NCBI GenBank assembly: GCA_030167865.1
Contig: JALAGF010004161.1
Coordinates: 62,001 to 124,363 of the forward strand
Reading direction: 5' to 3'
Source: Craspedostauros australis
Taxonomy: Eukaryota
DNA: 62,363 nt
Shown: one piece after another, positions 22,167-34,347 of the stretch
Layout of the letters: each line of letters opens with the position of its first letter
Position numbering within the stretch: the stretch's first letter is position 1
Translations under genes and position numbers: made by a program
Notes under the pieces: generated by a model
The model's database searches: none
Seen by the model: only the letters and a program-made list of their open reading frames with translations
What the model was told of the DNA's origin: nothing

Positions 22167-23295
22167 GATGTGAAGTATTCTATATGAAGGGATGTGTGGA
22201 TGCGCTACGTACGACCTATTATATGTGCGAGTATGGCTGCTGATCAAAAGAGGATCTTTGTTCTGGTTTGGCCTTGGTTTTGTGACGGTTGTGGAGATCT
22301 TTTGTGGCAGGTGAAGTGTTGGTGTCAACATCAGGCTGTCCTTCCTTGTTGGATAGAGTACTGCGCAGAATCCACATTTCGCTACTGTCTCCAATCTAGA
22401 CAGAGAGAGCCACCACCTGCTCCATTTCCACATCAATGTTCTGTGCTAGTTAAACGAAATGCTGCATTGCACTTCTCTACTCTACAATGCTCTTAATCAA
22501 CTCGACTCAACATGAATGTTCGTCTCATTGGCGACTCTCAAATTGCGGAAGTGAACTCGTGGAGATGTGCAATTTCCGCTTGCTGTCACTATGTGGCACT
22601 GCCCATCAACGTTTTCAATCCAGCACATGTTGATTGTACTTTGCGAGCATCCCCTTTCCATCTTGGATTGTGGATTGGCGCAAGACTCTTGTGGTCTTCC
22701 CCATTCAGGTACGGAATCTTCTAGTGTTTTCCTGCTGCGTTAGCAAGAACAAAATAATCTCCGGTGGCAGATCGGACGACCATTGGCATTGGAACCATGT
22801 GCACCAGTCCTTTCACTTTCAAGATCTTTCCTGCTGCCGGAGATTCCATGTCGAACTGTGAGATTCCTGCTCCATTCTGCACAAGGCATCAATGTAATAG
22901 AGCACCATGAGGAACAACCCTTGTCCGGGAAGGTCATGTGAGATCAATCTTGGGCGGGGTTGGATGCTCCTTGTGCTTTGGTATTCGTCGGGTGCCTCGA
23001 ACATTGGCTTGTTTCGATTCAGAATGATTCCAGGAATGAGGGACACTCTAATCATGAGACAATGGCGCCAAAACGAACCCAAATCCACACGCGTCAAACC
23101 AGAACCCGCCTTGACGACACCAACCCTTGAGCGCAACACAACGCAGGATACCTTCAAAGGCACAACACAACAAAAGCACAAAGCAACACACATTCACCAA
23201 ACATGACCTTCGCAGCCGCGTTCTGCTTTGCACTGTGCGCCTCAGTCCATCGCTCTCCATCCATAATCCAGCAGCAGCATCCGCTTCCATCTCAC

Positions 23296-23902
23296 ATGTT
23301 CCATTCATCCGTCTCCCGCCTTGCAAGAAGATCAGCGCTGCTTGCCTCCCGAAGCATGTCGGACGCCGTGCCCGCATTCCCGGTGGAGGCATCCATCCGC
23401 GCCAAGCTGTCGCAGCAGTTCGAGCCAGCGTATTTGGATGTCATCAACGAATCGCACATGCACAACGTGTGAGTATCCAATGTAGAGTGTAATAGGGTTG
23501 TATTGTATTGGGTTGTATTGTATTGCGTTGCATTGTGCACAACTGCAGAATGATGATGTCATCAACTATATTCCGTCTGAGCCAACAGAGTCAACTCACT
23601 GCTGCGTTGCATTATCTCTTGCAATTATAATGTATTATTCCACATTCACACGCAGACCCGCGAATTCGGAGACGCATTTCAAGGTTGTCGTCGTTTCGTC
23701 GCAATTCGATGACATCGCGATGCCCGTGAAGCGTCATCGACTGATCAACACGGCGTTGGCGGAGGAGATGGAAGGTCCCGTGCATGCACTGAGCATCGTG
23801 GCCAAGACACCGACGCAGTGGGAAAAGATGATTGCGGATGGCAAGGCGATCCCCGCCTCTCCAAGTTGTCGTGGTGGTGATGGGAGTTTGCCCAAGAAAT
23901 AG
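23296..23902 (+). CDS. bolA: BolA-family protein (BolA1-like), probably mitochondrial; exons 23296-23468 and 23656-23902
   Basis: LDVINESHMHNV|PANSETHFKVVVVS..F....VKRHRLIN..LAEEM..PVHALSI.AKTP. Arg/Ser-rich presequence MFHSSVSRLARRS. Confidence 0.93.
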
Positions 23903-24251
23903 AGGAAGGGCGATGAGCTCCGCGGGATGATGGTGGTGGCGCGCATGTGTGCGAAGCCGCTTGCACAGCACTCTGCTCGTACGACACAAAGCAGCGCAAT
24001 TCCCCGACCACTACCGATGCACAGAGAGGGCACCATAAATCATCTCGATGCTCCGGACAGAGCAAGTTTATGATTACTGTTAGTCGTGCCGTCTACTGTC
24101 CTTCGGTAGACACAGTATGGTGCATAGTATCGCTTGTCCATCGAGTAGATAGAAGTACATGATTTACTTGTGCTATTCTGTACGAGTGCAAGTGTCTCGC
24201 CGATCGATTGCGATGAGTCGCCTGTTGAGTGTGTCGTATGAATGATCAGTT

Positions 24252-25992
24252 CTACAAAAATTCGGAAAACATATCGGCGAAGAGCAAGTAAAGGCACCCG
24301 ACGCAGCAAATCGTTTGGACATCATCCAGCATGCCCATGTTGAACTGGCTATTGGAGTGCATTTGTGTCTCGGTGGCGTTGATGGAGTATGGCAGATCAA
24401 GCACTGTTCCGCTATGGCAGCAGTCCATCTGTGTTTCGGTGGTGATGTTGAGACGTTGGCAACAAGAGGAAGAGGGAAACCGTGACGGCGGCAACAGTGA
24501 AAGGCGCATTCGTGGAGTATACGAGTGAGAAATCGAAATATCGCAGACAGTATTTTGCAGACGGTATTCCCAATCAGTTTGGTCTGCCTTTCCATTGAAC
24601 GCAACACCAAACTGCACAGCCAGAATGGTTTGTACTTACCAACACGGTGACATTGACACCCGCCGGCATGGGCATGACGAGCATCTTGAGGATGTCGTCA
24701 TCGATAATCTGTCCCGCGCTCTTGAAATCCACAGGAATCAAGGTCTCGTCGTAACCGTCCTCCTCGTCGCCTGTGAAATGAAAAGCGGGCGTGGTGAGTA
24801 AGTACGTGTGTGAGGAAGTGAGATTACAAGGGTGTGAGTGAAGATGGGCACAAGCTGAAAACTCACCAACATGACAACATATCATTCCGTGCCGTTGCAT
24901 TTCCCTGACGCTGGCGTGACTGTTACTTACCATCCTGGTCGGGGACATTGCCACCATGGCCGGAGTAGTGAATGAAGACACAGTCATTTGCTCTGCTGTA
25001 CTGCGTAATTCGTCGGAAGGCGTCTTCGATATTTTTTCGTGTCGGATTGTGATTCTTGTTGTCATCCATGAGGATGAGCATGTCCTTCTCGGCGAATCCC
25101 TCCTTGTTGATGAGGTAATCCTTGATGTTGAGGACATCGTTGTGGCAACCGCTGAGCTGTCCCTTTTGTCCTGTGATGCACAACAGCAGCAGAGTAGATA
25201 TTATACATTCGAAGTGGGCAGTTGTTGACATGGATTGCGAAGTGACTTGATTTGTGAGAATGAGACAATGCGCAGATGCACCTCCACAAGTCTGAAATCA
25301 ACGTGTCCAATGCATGTAACTTCTTCAGCGCATCCTTGGCCCACACATGACACATACAACACATACAACACATGACATATGACACACATGACACTCACCA
25401 ACGTAATTGATCCCGATGAGGATGGCACGTTTGGCACCGCCATTGCGTCTCGTCTCTTCGGGCACAATTTCAAACTGATGGTTGACATCGAGGAGTCTGC
25501 TGGAGGCAAGCTGCGGCACCTGATCGAATCCTTTTTGTTTGAGGACTTGTCGCATGCGTCGCAGCAGCTCGATCCATGTGACGGGCTGGCCGTTGAGGTT
25601 GTTGAGGACGCTGAGCAAGGTGGATGTGCAGGCGCCTCCAGCCTTGCCTGCCGGGTCCGGCAGTTCGAATGTATTGACGTTGGAGACTGTGTTGTGGTTG
25701 GCGCAAGGACATGAAGGGATTGGAAGAATGGAAGGAGGGAAGAGCGAACGGACGGAGACGCAGACGTGAGAAAGTGAGCATGCACTGGCTGTTGGTGCAC
25801 TGTGATTCCCGTCTGTGCCGACAAGTGATTGTCCGCGATTGCCTGTGATGCATCCAACATGAACAATCAAGCTGCGAAGATCGAATTGAATGGAAGCGTA
25901 CCATCTGCGGATGTTTGGGCATCTTCAGAGCCACTGAACATGACGAATTTGGCCGGGATGGCCGCTGCGATCTTCTCTGCTTGAGTGGACAT
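24252..25992 (-). CDS. Metacaspase, type III (p10 N-terminal to p20); exons 25992-25902, 25686-25399, 25170-24931, 24770-24640, 24428-24252
   Basis: p10 motifs ([28 protein letters not shown]) precede p20 motifs ([45 protein letters not shown]). All four introns are GT-AG and in phase. Confidence 0.94.
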
Positions 25993-26273
25993 GGTGAGGG
26001 TGTGCTGTTGTTGGCGCTGTTGTTGACGCTGTTGATGTTATTCTACTATAATAGTATTGCTCGTGTCACTGGCTTTCGGATTAGATTCTGATAGAGAGAG
26101 AGAGTCTGATAGAGAGAGTGATTCAAGATGGTATCGGGATGGATATGCAGTTGTGGAGAATGGAAGTTGCTACCGATAGGCGCTGTGTGTGTTTGGTTTG
26201 ATGGATTGCGATGTCCAAAGAAGGAGAATGTTTGTGGCTGTGCCGGTTGTGTCGGTGGCACTGTGCTGATGGT

Positions 26274-26326
26274 GTTGGTGTGGATGTTGGTGTGGATGTT
26301 GGTGTGGATGTTGGTGTTGGATGTTG
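26274..26326. repeat. 12-bp tandem repeat (GTTGGTGTGGAT)n in the metacaspase/AsmA-like divergent intergenic region
   Basis: gttggtgtggat repeated about 4 times. Confidence 0.8.
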
Positions 26327-27066
26327 AGTGAGTGCGGGCGCAGATGGAGATGGGCGTTGTGGGAAGCAGAAGGGCGATCCTTGGTCGTGCTTCTGGGGTC
26401 GGACGATCTGCAGGCGCAGGAATCAAAGTACGAGCAAAGAGAGGGGAGATGTTCGCAATGGTGATGTCACAGTCGCGTGTTGTTGCGCTTTCTTTCTTGC
26501 CTCCTCTCTCCTCCTTCACACACAAACAGGTTAGACAACCGAGTCCTGGTTGCGACGTCGCACAATTTGGCGGCGACCTCTCCTCCCAGATCGTGATTTG
26601 CCCAGTTCGTGGTTGCCACCTTCACTGTTGTTCCTTGTTCGGGTTTGTCCTGTTGTCTTCGCCCACTTCCTGTGACTGGCCCACAACAACCACAACGCAA
26701 AACACCTCAATCCGGCGACAACTTGTTGGAGGGAAGACAGGAATACGTTATTTGAACGTTATTGTATTAAACCCAATCCAACTTCCGATCCGTTGAACGT
26801 ACACGACAGTCGACTCGACGGAGTGTACCCTGACTCCTGTGAACACTTGAATCACGAAATACAACAACACGCAAGAAAACACAAACAACACGACTCGATA
26901 CGCCAACGCGCCAACGGCTCGAATTCCCGCCAACACCCCAACCACAACACCGATCTCTCCATCACTCTTCCTCATTCTTCCACTCTGCCTCATTCTTCTT
27001 TGGTCGACGACTCTCTTGCCATCGCGTTCCCAGCCCTACCACAGCAACAACGACAGCGAGACCAAG

Positions 27067-28512
27067 ATGATCGGCTTCCTCTTCGGCATGCTCGTGAAGA
27101 TCGTGGAGAACTTCGTCCACAACCTGATCCGCATCGGCTTGCTGGGATGCGTGGCGTTCTCCGTCTGCCACTACTGCGGCTGGCTGCAGCGCCTCATCTG
27201 GTGGAAGGCCGAACAGGAGCTGTCCAAGATCTGCAATGACGCGCGCGTCACCATCGGCTCGTTCCGCATCCAGTACGCCATGCTGCTGCAGGGGCGCATC
27301 GTCGTGCATGGTCACAACGTCATCATCCACACGCCGCAGCGCGATCTCTGGCAATGGCATTCGCCCTTGATCGCGCGCGTGGGATACGCGGAGATTGATT
27401 GCAACGCGCCCATCACGGTCTTGCATCTCCTTCTCTTTCAGCAGGAGGTGCCGTTGGAGCTATACTCCATTCAGGTTTCCGATATGCAGATCTTTGTCGA
27501 GCGCAAGCAGAATATCTTCAATTTCTACCTCCTCGATAAGGCCATGATTCTGCCGGATCCCAAGGAGTTTCAGAGGGTGGCGACGGAGGAATCTGCAGCA
27601 GCAGCAGCAAAGGAAACAACGGCAGCTTCAGAAGTAGCAGCTACTGCTGCGCAGGCAACAAATGAAGGGACGAAGACTGAAACAGAAAGCAAACAGGGAA
27701 ACGGCAACAACGATGATGCTGAGATTGACACGAACAATGACAGCCAAGTTGATGACAACAACCAGGACAACAGAGACGTGGAGGACGCCGATGACAATCC
27801 AGCCCAATTGAACGCGAACACCGACGGCGACGGCGACGAGAACCGCAAAGCTGCCGAAGACCTCGTCGATGAGATGCTGCACGCCGTCAAGTCGTTGGGC
27901 AAAGCCGCACGCCGAGGTGCCCTGCAAGGCGCCATCCAAAAACAGGGTCACACGTTGGCTGACAAACTGCGCGACATGAGACGCAACAACAAGGAGGCCC
28001 TGCAAAAGAGCGTGCGCGTCATGCGACAGGTCGGCGTCGTGGCGGCCGAGCAGCTGGCACCGCGCAAATTGGAACAGCTCGTGCCGCAGCGACTGCCCAA
28101 CGACAAGCCACCTCCCAAGGCGCGCATCGGACGCATCCTGCTCACGGATCTGCGATTGTTCACGCGCAATTCGTGGATCCGGACGGACGATGAAGCACCA
28201 ACGTTGCCGACGACCAACATCACGGCGTCGGATCTGCCGATCAGTGGTTGGAATCGGCCCATTACGATCGCCAAGGTCATCGTGCGGTCATCGGAACTGT
28301 GTCCACCCATGTCGCTGCTGGATGATCGCGATCTGCCGGCCATCCATCAACCGCTCGATCGCATTCTGGACGTCGTGTGGAAACGCATCGTGACGGAGAT
28401 GGCCAAGTCGAATACAGGGCGCTTGTTCCAGACGGCATTCAGCGAAGCGCTGGGATACATGAAGCGGCCGAACACGAACGGCACCAAGCCCGCTGCAAGG
28501 ATATCGACGTGA
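27067..28512 (+). CDS. Uncharacterised N-anchored protein, AsmA/DUF748-like beta-rich N-terminus
   Basis: Long ORF with coding-like codon use. N-terminal hydrophobic helices, then LSKICNDARVTIGSFRIQ..LLQGRIVVHGHNVIIHTP...SPLIARV with an alternating beta pattern, then an acidic low-complexity insert. The family call is tentative. Confidence 0.6.
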   Translation: MIGFLFGMLVKIVENFVHNLIRIGLLGCVAFSVCHYCGWLQRLIWWKAEQELSKICNDARVTIGSFRIQYAMLLQGRIVVHGHNVIIHTPQRDLWQWHSPLIARVGYAEIDCNAPITVLHLLLFQQEVPLELYSIQVSDMQIFVERKQNIFNFYLLDKAMILPDPKEFQRVATEESAAAAAKETTAASEVAATAAQATNEGTKTETESKQGNGNNDDAEIDTNNDSQVDDNNQDNRDVEDADDNPAQLNANTDGDGDENRKAAEDLVDEMLHAVKSLGKAARRGALQGAIQKQGHTLADKLRDMRRNNKEALQKSVRVMRQVGVVAAEQLAPRKLEQLVPQRLPNDKPPPKARIGRILLTDLRLFTRNSWIRTDDEAPTLPTTNITASDLPISGWNRPITIAKVIVRSSELCPPMSLLDDRDLPAIHQPLDRILDVVWKRIVTEMAKSNTGRLFQTAFSEALGYMKRPNTNGTKPAARIST

Positions 28513-28831
28513 TGTGGTGTAATGTTGTTGGGGATATGTCTGTGCTGTGTTCTCTGTTGATAGAGTGGAGTCGAGTGCAGAGTACGGTCTACTCGCACGA
28601 AAAATGTAATGCTTCACACAATACTTGTAACAAACTGTTAATGCAGCCAATTCCTCTCTCTCTCTCGCTTTCTGCCCAGGGAGTAAAGTAACGTGAGTTA
28701 TTGTGACACTCTCTATCAACATGCATGCCTAATCCGTATCTCTGCTCGTAGTACGTATATCCTCCTCCAACAGAACACTTTAGCATTACGTGAACTCTAA
28801 CTCCACTCTATTCGACTCCATTCAACTCAAC

Positions 28832-30196
28832 TCACTTCTTCTTGTAAAGCCGCATGAAAATGATGAGGAAGTTGAGAATGAGAAACAGCTTGATGATCAA
28901 GGGACGGTTGCCCTTCTTGATGCCATGCAGGATGGTGAGCTGTTCCTGACCTGCTTCGACATCGACCAAGGCCGCTTCTACGTCATCCTCAATGTTCTCC
29001 AGCACCTCGCCTTGTTCCGAGATCAAGGTGGACATCTTGCCGAACAGCTGACCCAATTCACCGAGCTGGCGTTCCGCCTGCTGCGCTTCGGCGAGTCGTT
29101 GCGCCGTCTGGCGGCGTTGTTCGCGTTCTTGGATTTGCATTTGGACTGCCTGTGATTCATTCGTGTTGTTACCATTGAGACTGCCTTTCGAGTTGTACAT
29201 CGATGCGTTGGAACCAGATGGCCCACCACCACGCCGATGCCTCATACCAAACTGGGCCGCACTGCTACTGCTGTCGCCACCGCCATTGATGGCACCATAA
29301 CCTCCCGCTCCACCGTAGCCACCCGATGAGGACATGCTGCCGTTGCTGCTGGCACCGTAACCACCACCACCACCACCTGCGCTTCCAACACCTCCGTTCT
29401 GTCTTTGCGCGGCACTCGCAGCAGATCCGTTGCCATACTGCGACGATGGCGTTGACGCAGACGCGGACGCCGGGGTCGGTGGTTGAAAGATGTTGGGATT
29501 GCGTTGCTGCGCATTGCGCGCCGGCGTGGGAGCGGCCGTGAAGAGGGGACTGTGAAACAAGGGCGCGGTGGCAGCCGTGGTACCAACCCTGGGCCGCCGC
29601 GATCTGGCGTTCGGCGCCGCGGTTCCAGCTGCTGCCGGTTGCTGCTGCGACACCACCATGCGACGCCGCTGCGCCTGTTGCGCCAAGACCTCCCCTCGCA
29701 GCTTGAGCACGTCCTTCATCTGCGACGCGTAGTGCTGCGCGACCTGCTGAAACCAGATCGCCACGAGCTGCCAGTGCCTCTTGGCCTGCTTGCTGCGGAC
29801 GCCGCGCTTCTGCACGGACTCTATGAAGGTCGCCAGCTCCTTGGCGTCCTGCTCCAGCTGCCGCGTGAGCTGCGCGATCTGCTGCGTGGGGTCGTTCGTG
29901 TGGCCGCGGCGCCGCACCAAGCCCTGCAGCTGCTTCAGCCCGAACTGCATGCCGCGCAGCAACGTGCAGCCGTCCTCCAGAACGCCCGAGATGCTGCTTG
30001 GCGCCGCGCGGTTGTGCAGCTGCGGCGTCCAGGGCGGCAGCGCCTGCTCGTCCTGCAGCTGCAGCTCGCGCTGTTGGATGCGGATGGCCGTCTTGGCGCA
30101 TGCCAGCAACTCGTTCGAACGCGAGACGGCGGCGCCGGCGAATTCGGTTTGCGGTCTTGATCCCGTTGCGGGTATCATCGTGTTTGCCATCATCAT
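28832..30196 (-). CDS. STX5: Syntaxin 5 / Sed5-like Qa-SNARE
   Basis: N-terminal RPQTEF (RDRTxEF-like) and Habc-like helices (DPTQQIAQLT). SNARE motif ERQLGELGQLFGKMSTLISEQGEVLENIEDDV, followed by a C-terminal TM and KKK. Confidence 0.88.
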   Translation of the reverse strand: MMMANTMIPATGSRPQTEFAGAAVSRSNELLACAKTAIRIQQRELQLQDEQALPPWTPQLHNRAAPSSISGVLEDGCTLLRGMQFGLKQLQGLVRRRGHTNDPTQQIAQLTRQLEQDAKELATFIESVQKRGVRSKQAKRHWQLVAIWFQQVAQHYASQMKDVLKLRGEVLAQQAQRRRMVVSQQQPAAAGTAAPNARSRRPRVGTTAATAPLFHSPLFTAAPTPARNAQQRNPNIFQPPTPASASASTPSSQYGNGSAASAAQRQNGGVGSAGGGGGGYGASSNGSMSSSGGYGGAGGYGAINGGGDSSSSAAQFGMRHRRGGGPSGSNASMYNSKGSLNGNNTNESQAVQMQIQEREQRRQTAQRLAEAQQAERQLGELGQLFGKMSTLISEQGEVLENIEDDVEAALVDVEAGQEQLTILHGIKKGNRPLIIKLFLILNFLIIFMRLYKKK

Positions 30197-30946
30197 ATGA
30201 TATTCTATAATATGATATAGCAGTTGTGCTGCTATTGTGTGTCGTGCTCAATGCGTTCGCCTTGGTTCGTGATTTAGCTTGTGATTTGTGTTGTGATTTG
30301 CGAGCCGTTGGATTGCGTCGCCGTTTCAAATTTCCGCCATTGTCGGTGCCTCGGAAGCTGCGGCAATATCTTTCAATGAAGCTACTATTGAAAGAGACGA
30401 AGACTCGATGGACTGAACGGACCAACACACGATTTCAAAGATACGTCTGTCCATCAACGGTCGGCCATGCGATGAACCGAGTGACGCAGACACAAACGAA
30501 CGAGACACAAAAACCAACAAAAGGAAAAAGTTTGATGTGTCAGTCCACACATCAACACACACGCGCAAACACGCGCACCAACGAATGTGCCATCTGCGAT
30601 CCAACATCCACAGAGAGGTGAAGTACGACCATCCGTATCATTGCACACGCCGCACAAGCACAAACACGAACATAACACGAACATAAACACAAACACAACC
30701 GATTGTGTTCTTGTCATTCCAACAAGTTCAAAGAGAACGTGTTGGTTAGATCCTCGTACTTAGATTGCACAATTCCATTGATCGTTCGTGAAGATTGACG
30801 AACCATCATCAATTCATTCACGTCCGCGATCATCGAAATAGTGGAAGAGCGCGGACAGAAGATAGCCCATCGGAAGATAGAGCACGGCGCATCACCCATC
30901 ACAGCCTGCAGGTTCTGCACATTACCCTTCGCGGCAAAAGATCGCA

Positions 30947-33900
30947 ATGCCAATGAACGATAACGCTCCAACCAACGTCAATAGCAGCAGCAGCAGCAGC
31001 AAGGCACCGCTCCTCCTGACCACCCTCGCCATCATGTTCCTCTGCCAACGCGCAGTGGCCTTCACGCCGCAATGGCGTCACCAGCGCACGATGCTGCGAT
31101 CGATCTCGGGTCGTCTCTTTTCGACGACGCAGGAAGGCGAGCAGACTGCATCGACGCCGCAAGTGGGATATCCATTCCAGCAGGTGGAGCCCAAGTGGCA
31201 GGCCTTCTGGCAGGAAAATGAGACCTTCAAGACGCCCGAACGTGATACCTCCAAGCCAAAGAAATACGTTCTCGATATGTTTCCGTATCCATCGGGTGCT
31301 GGTCTTCATGTGGGGCATCCGGAAGGGTATACAGGTGCGTGTGGATCATGCGTGTGCAAGTGTGGTTGGGTTGTGCAGAATACATGCTCGAGTGATCCCA
31401 TCGTATAACGCAACACATCGCTGCACATCACAATGCATTCTCACAATCATCTTGCGCAAACGCAAATCACCACTGCACACTTTCACATTTTCCAACACAA
31501 TCGTACACGTGCAGCCTCCGACATCATGTCGCGATACTGGCGCATGACTGGCCACGATGTCCTCCACCCCATCGGATGGGATTCCTTCGGTCTTCCCGCC
31601 GAACAATTCGCCGTCCAAACCGGCGCGCAACCGGCCGACACCACCGCCGCCAATATTGCCAACTTCAAACGCCAGCTCAAAATGCTGGGCTTCTCTTACG
31701 ACTGGGAAAAGGAGGTCGCCACAACAGACCTGGCCTACGTCAAGTGGACGCAGTGGATCTTCCTCCAGCTCTTCGACAAGGGACTGGCCGAGCAATCCGA
31801 AGTCAGCGTCAACTGGTGTCCCGCATTGGGCACCGTCCTGGCCAACGAGGAGGTCATCAACGGATTGTCGGAACGCGGCGATCATCCCGTGGAACGTCTG
31901 CCGTTGCGACAGTGGATCCTCAAAATTACCGATTATGCCGACAAGCTCGAGGCCGGATTGGAAGGACTGGAATGGCCATCGGGCACCCTCACCGCGCAGA
32001 AGCAATGGATCGGAAAGTCGACGGGATGCCGCATCGTCTTTGATGTGGATGGCAGCGAGGACAAGGTGGGTGTCGTGAATATTTGCATTCTTTGTTGTTG
32101 TTGGTGGTGGTGGTGGTGGTGGTGGTGTCTTGATTTGCAAGCATGCTTGGATGCGAAATAGACCTTGAAACTCTTCTCCATCGCCAGTTGATCCATATCT
32201 CACTCCACATTATTGAATTCTCAATCGCCACGCATAAATCCACCACGCCACGTTTCAACACATCACATCACATCACCTTGCAATATCCCACAATCCACTG
32301 TTGTGCAGGTTGAAGCATTCACAACCCGCGCCGATACCTTGATGGGAGTGACCTACGTCACCCTCGCACCAGAGCATCCACTCGTGTCTGTCATCACTAC
32401 CGATGAGAACAAGGAGGCTGTGGATAAATACGTGGCAGCGACCTCCTCTAGATCGGATCTGGACAGAACCTCCTCCAAGGAAAAGACCGGTGTCTTCACT
32501 GGTGGCTACGTCCTGCATCCGATCTCCGGTGACAAGGTCCCTGTGTGGGTTGGCGATTACGTGCTGGGAAGCTACGGAACGGGCGCTGTCATGGCCGTTC
32601 CTGCGCACGATACCAGAGATTTTGAATTTGCTGAGAAGTTTGATCTCGATGTCAAGTGGGTGGTGGAACCGTTGAAGGGAGACTGGGACCGAGAGGAGGC
32701 GTTCACGCAACCGGGAAGGGCCATCAACAGCGGAGAATTCGATGGATTGTCCACAGGCAAGTGCAAAAAGGCAATCACCAGCAAGCTCTATGACATGGAC
32801 AAGGGTGGATCCCAGACCACCTACAAGCTCCGCGATTGGGTCTTTTCTCGTCAGCGATACTGGGGTGAGCCCATTCCAATTTACTTCCCCGTCGATTTCC
32901 CGGAGGGCGTCGACCCAACCTCGCAGGATCCAAAGGACGAGAGCTGCGAGCACACGATCCGATTCGATCAACCAATCCCAGTTTCCACGGAAGATCTACC
33001 ATTGCAGCTTCCGTACATGGAGGACTTCCAACCAGGCGACGATCCAGCCGGATGTCTGGCCCGTGCCAAGGACTGGCGTTACTTTGAAAAGGACGGCAAG
33101 TGGTTTGCCCGTGAGACGAACACCATGCCGCAATGGGCAGGAAGCTGCTGGTACTACTTCCGATTCCTCGATCCCAAGAATACCGAGGCCGCCTTCAGCG
33201 AAAAGGTGGACAAGGAGTGGATGCCAGTGGATCTGTACGTTGGCGGAGCCGAACACGCCGTCTTGCATCTGCTGTACGCACGATTCTGGCATCAGGTGCT
33301 CTTCGATTTGGGCTACACGACGCATGCCGAACCATTCCAAAAGCTCGTGCATCAGGGCATGATCCTGGGCACGGACGGCGAGAAGATGTCCAAGAGCCGC
33401 GGTAACGTCGTCAACCCAGATGACATCGTCTCGGTGCAGGGTGCCGATGCTCTGCGGTTGTACGAGATGTTCATGGGCCCATTGGAAGCCGTCAAGCCAT
33501 GGCAGACCAGCCAGGTTTCTGGTGTCGTGCGCTTCCAGAACCGTTTGTACACTGTCGTCAACAACGCCGCGGAGAACAAGGCGACGGAGATGGATGACGA
33601 AACGACGCGCCTCTTGCATAAGACCATGAAGAAGGTCACGGAGGACGTCGACTCGATGGCCTTCAACACGGCCATCTCCGCGATGATGGTGCTCACCAAT
33701 CATCTGCAGGGCTTGCAGGACAAGGTCCCGTTAGAGGCCGTCGAAAAGCTGGTCCTGATGGTGTCGCCATTTGCACCGCATCTTGGCGAAGAGTGCTGGA
33801 ACATCCTGGGACATGAGGAGTCGTTGGCCTACCATCCGTGGGTGGAGTACGATGAGGAGCTGTGCATCGATAGCACAGTGACCATGGGAGTTCAGGTGAA

Positions 33901-34063
33901 CGGAAAGGCCCGCGGAGAGATCACGATTGACAAGACCGCTGATCAGGACGCCGCCATGGAAGCCGCCAAGGGATCCGACCGCGTCATGGCGCAGATCGAA
34001 GGCAAGGACATCAAAAAGATCATCTACGTGCCTGGTCGCATCTTGAACATTATTGCCAAGTAA
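30947..34063 (+). CDS. leuS: Leucyl-tRNA synthetase, bacterial/organellar type; exons 30947-31334, 31515-32065, 32309-34063
   Basis: [14 protein letters not shown], editing domain ([22 protein letters not shown]), [33 protein letters not shown] and KMSKS. N-terminal signal-like segment ends AVAF-TP. Confidence 0.97.
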
Positions 34064-34347
34064 AGCACGCACTCGTCCGTACTCATAGACCGCGGATACT
34101 CGAATCAAAGCAATTGAATTCTACGCTATGTAAATCTATCCATGCGTTGTGCATGAGAACGCTTGTGTTGGTTGATGCTGTCATGAAGGGTTCTCTTCCC
34201 TTGCTTTGGCGTCTGTGTGATTCTATCCAATACGACTACAAGAGGAGGACGACTGCCACGGCACGATAAGCACTCACACGATCGTGGGAGAGCAATACGT
34301 AGAGTACTGACTCTACCTTTTATGAGTTTATGATGCACCCACCGCGT

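Noticed and set aside
22500..23200. Short ORFs between glyoxalase I and BolA
   Set aside because: No motifs or consistent splice model; most likely a divergent promoter region.
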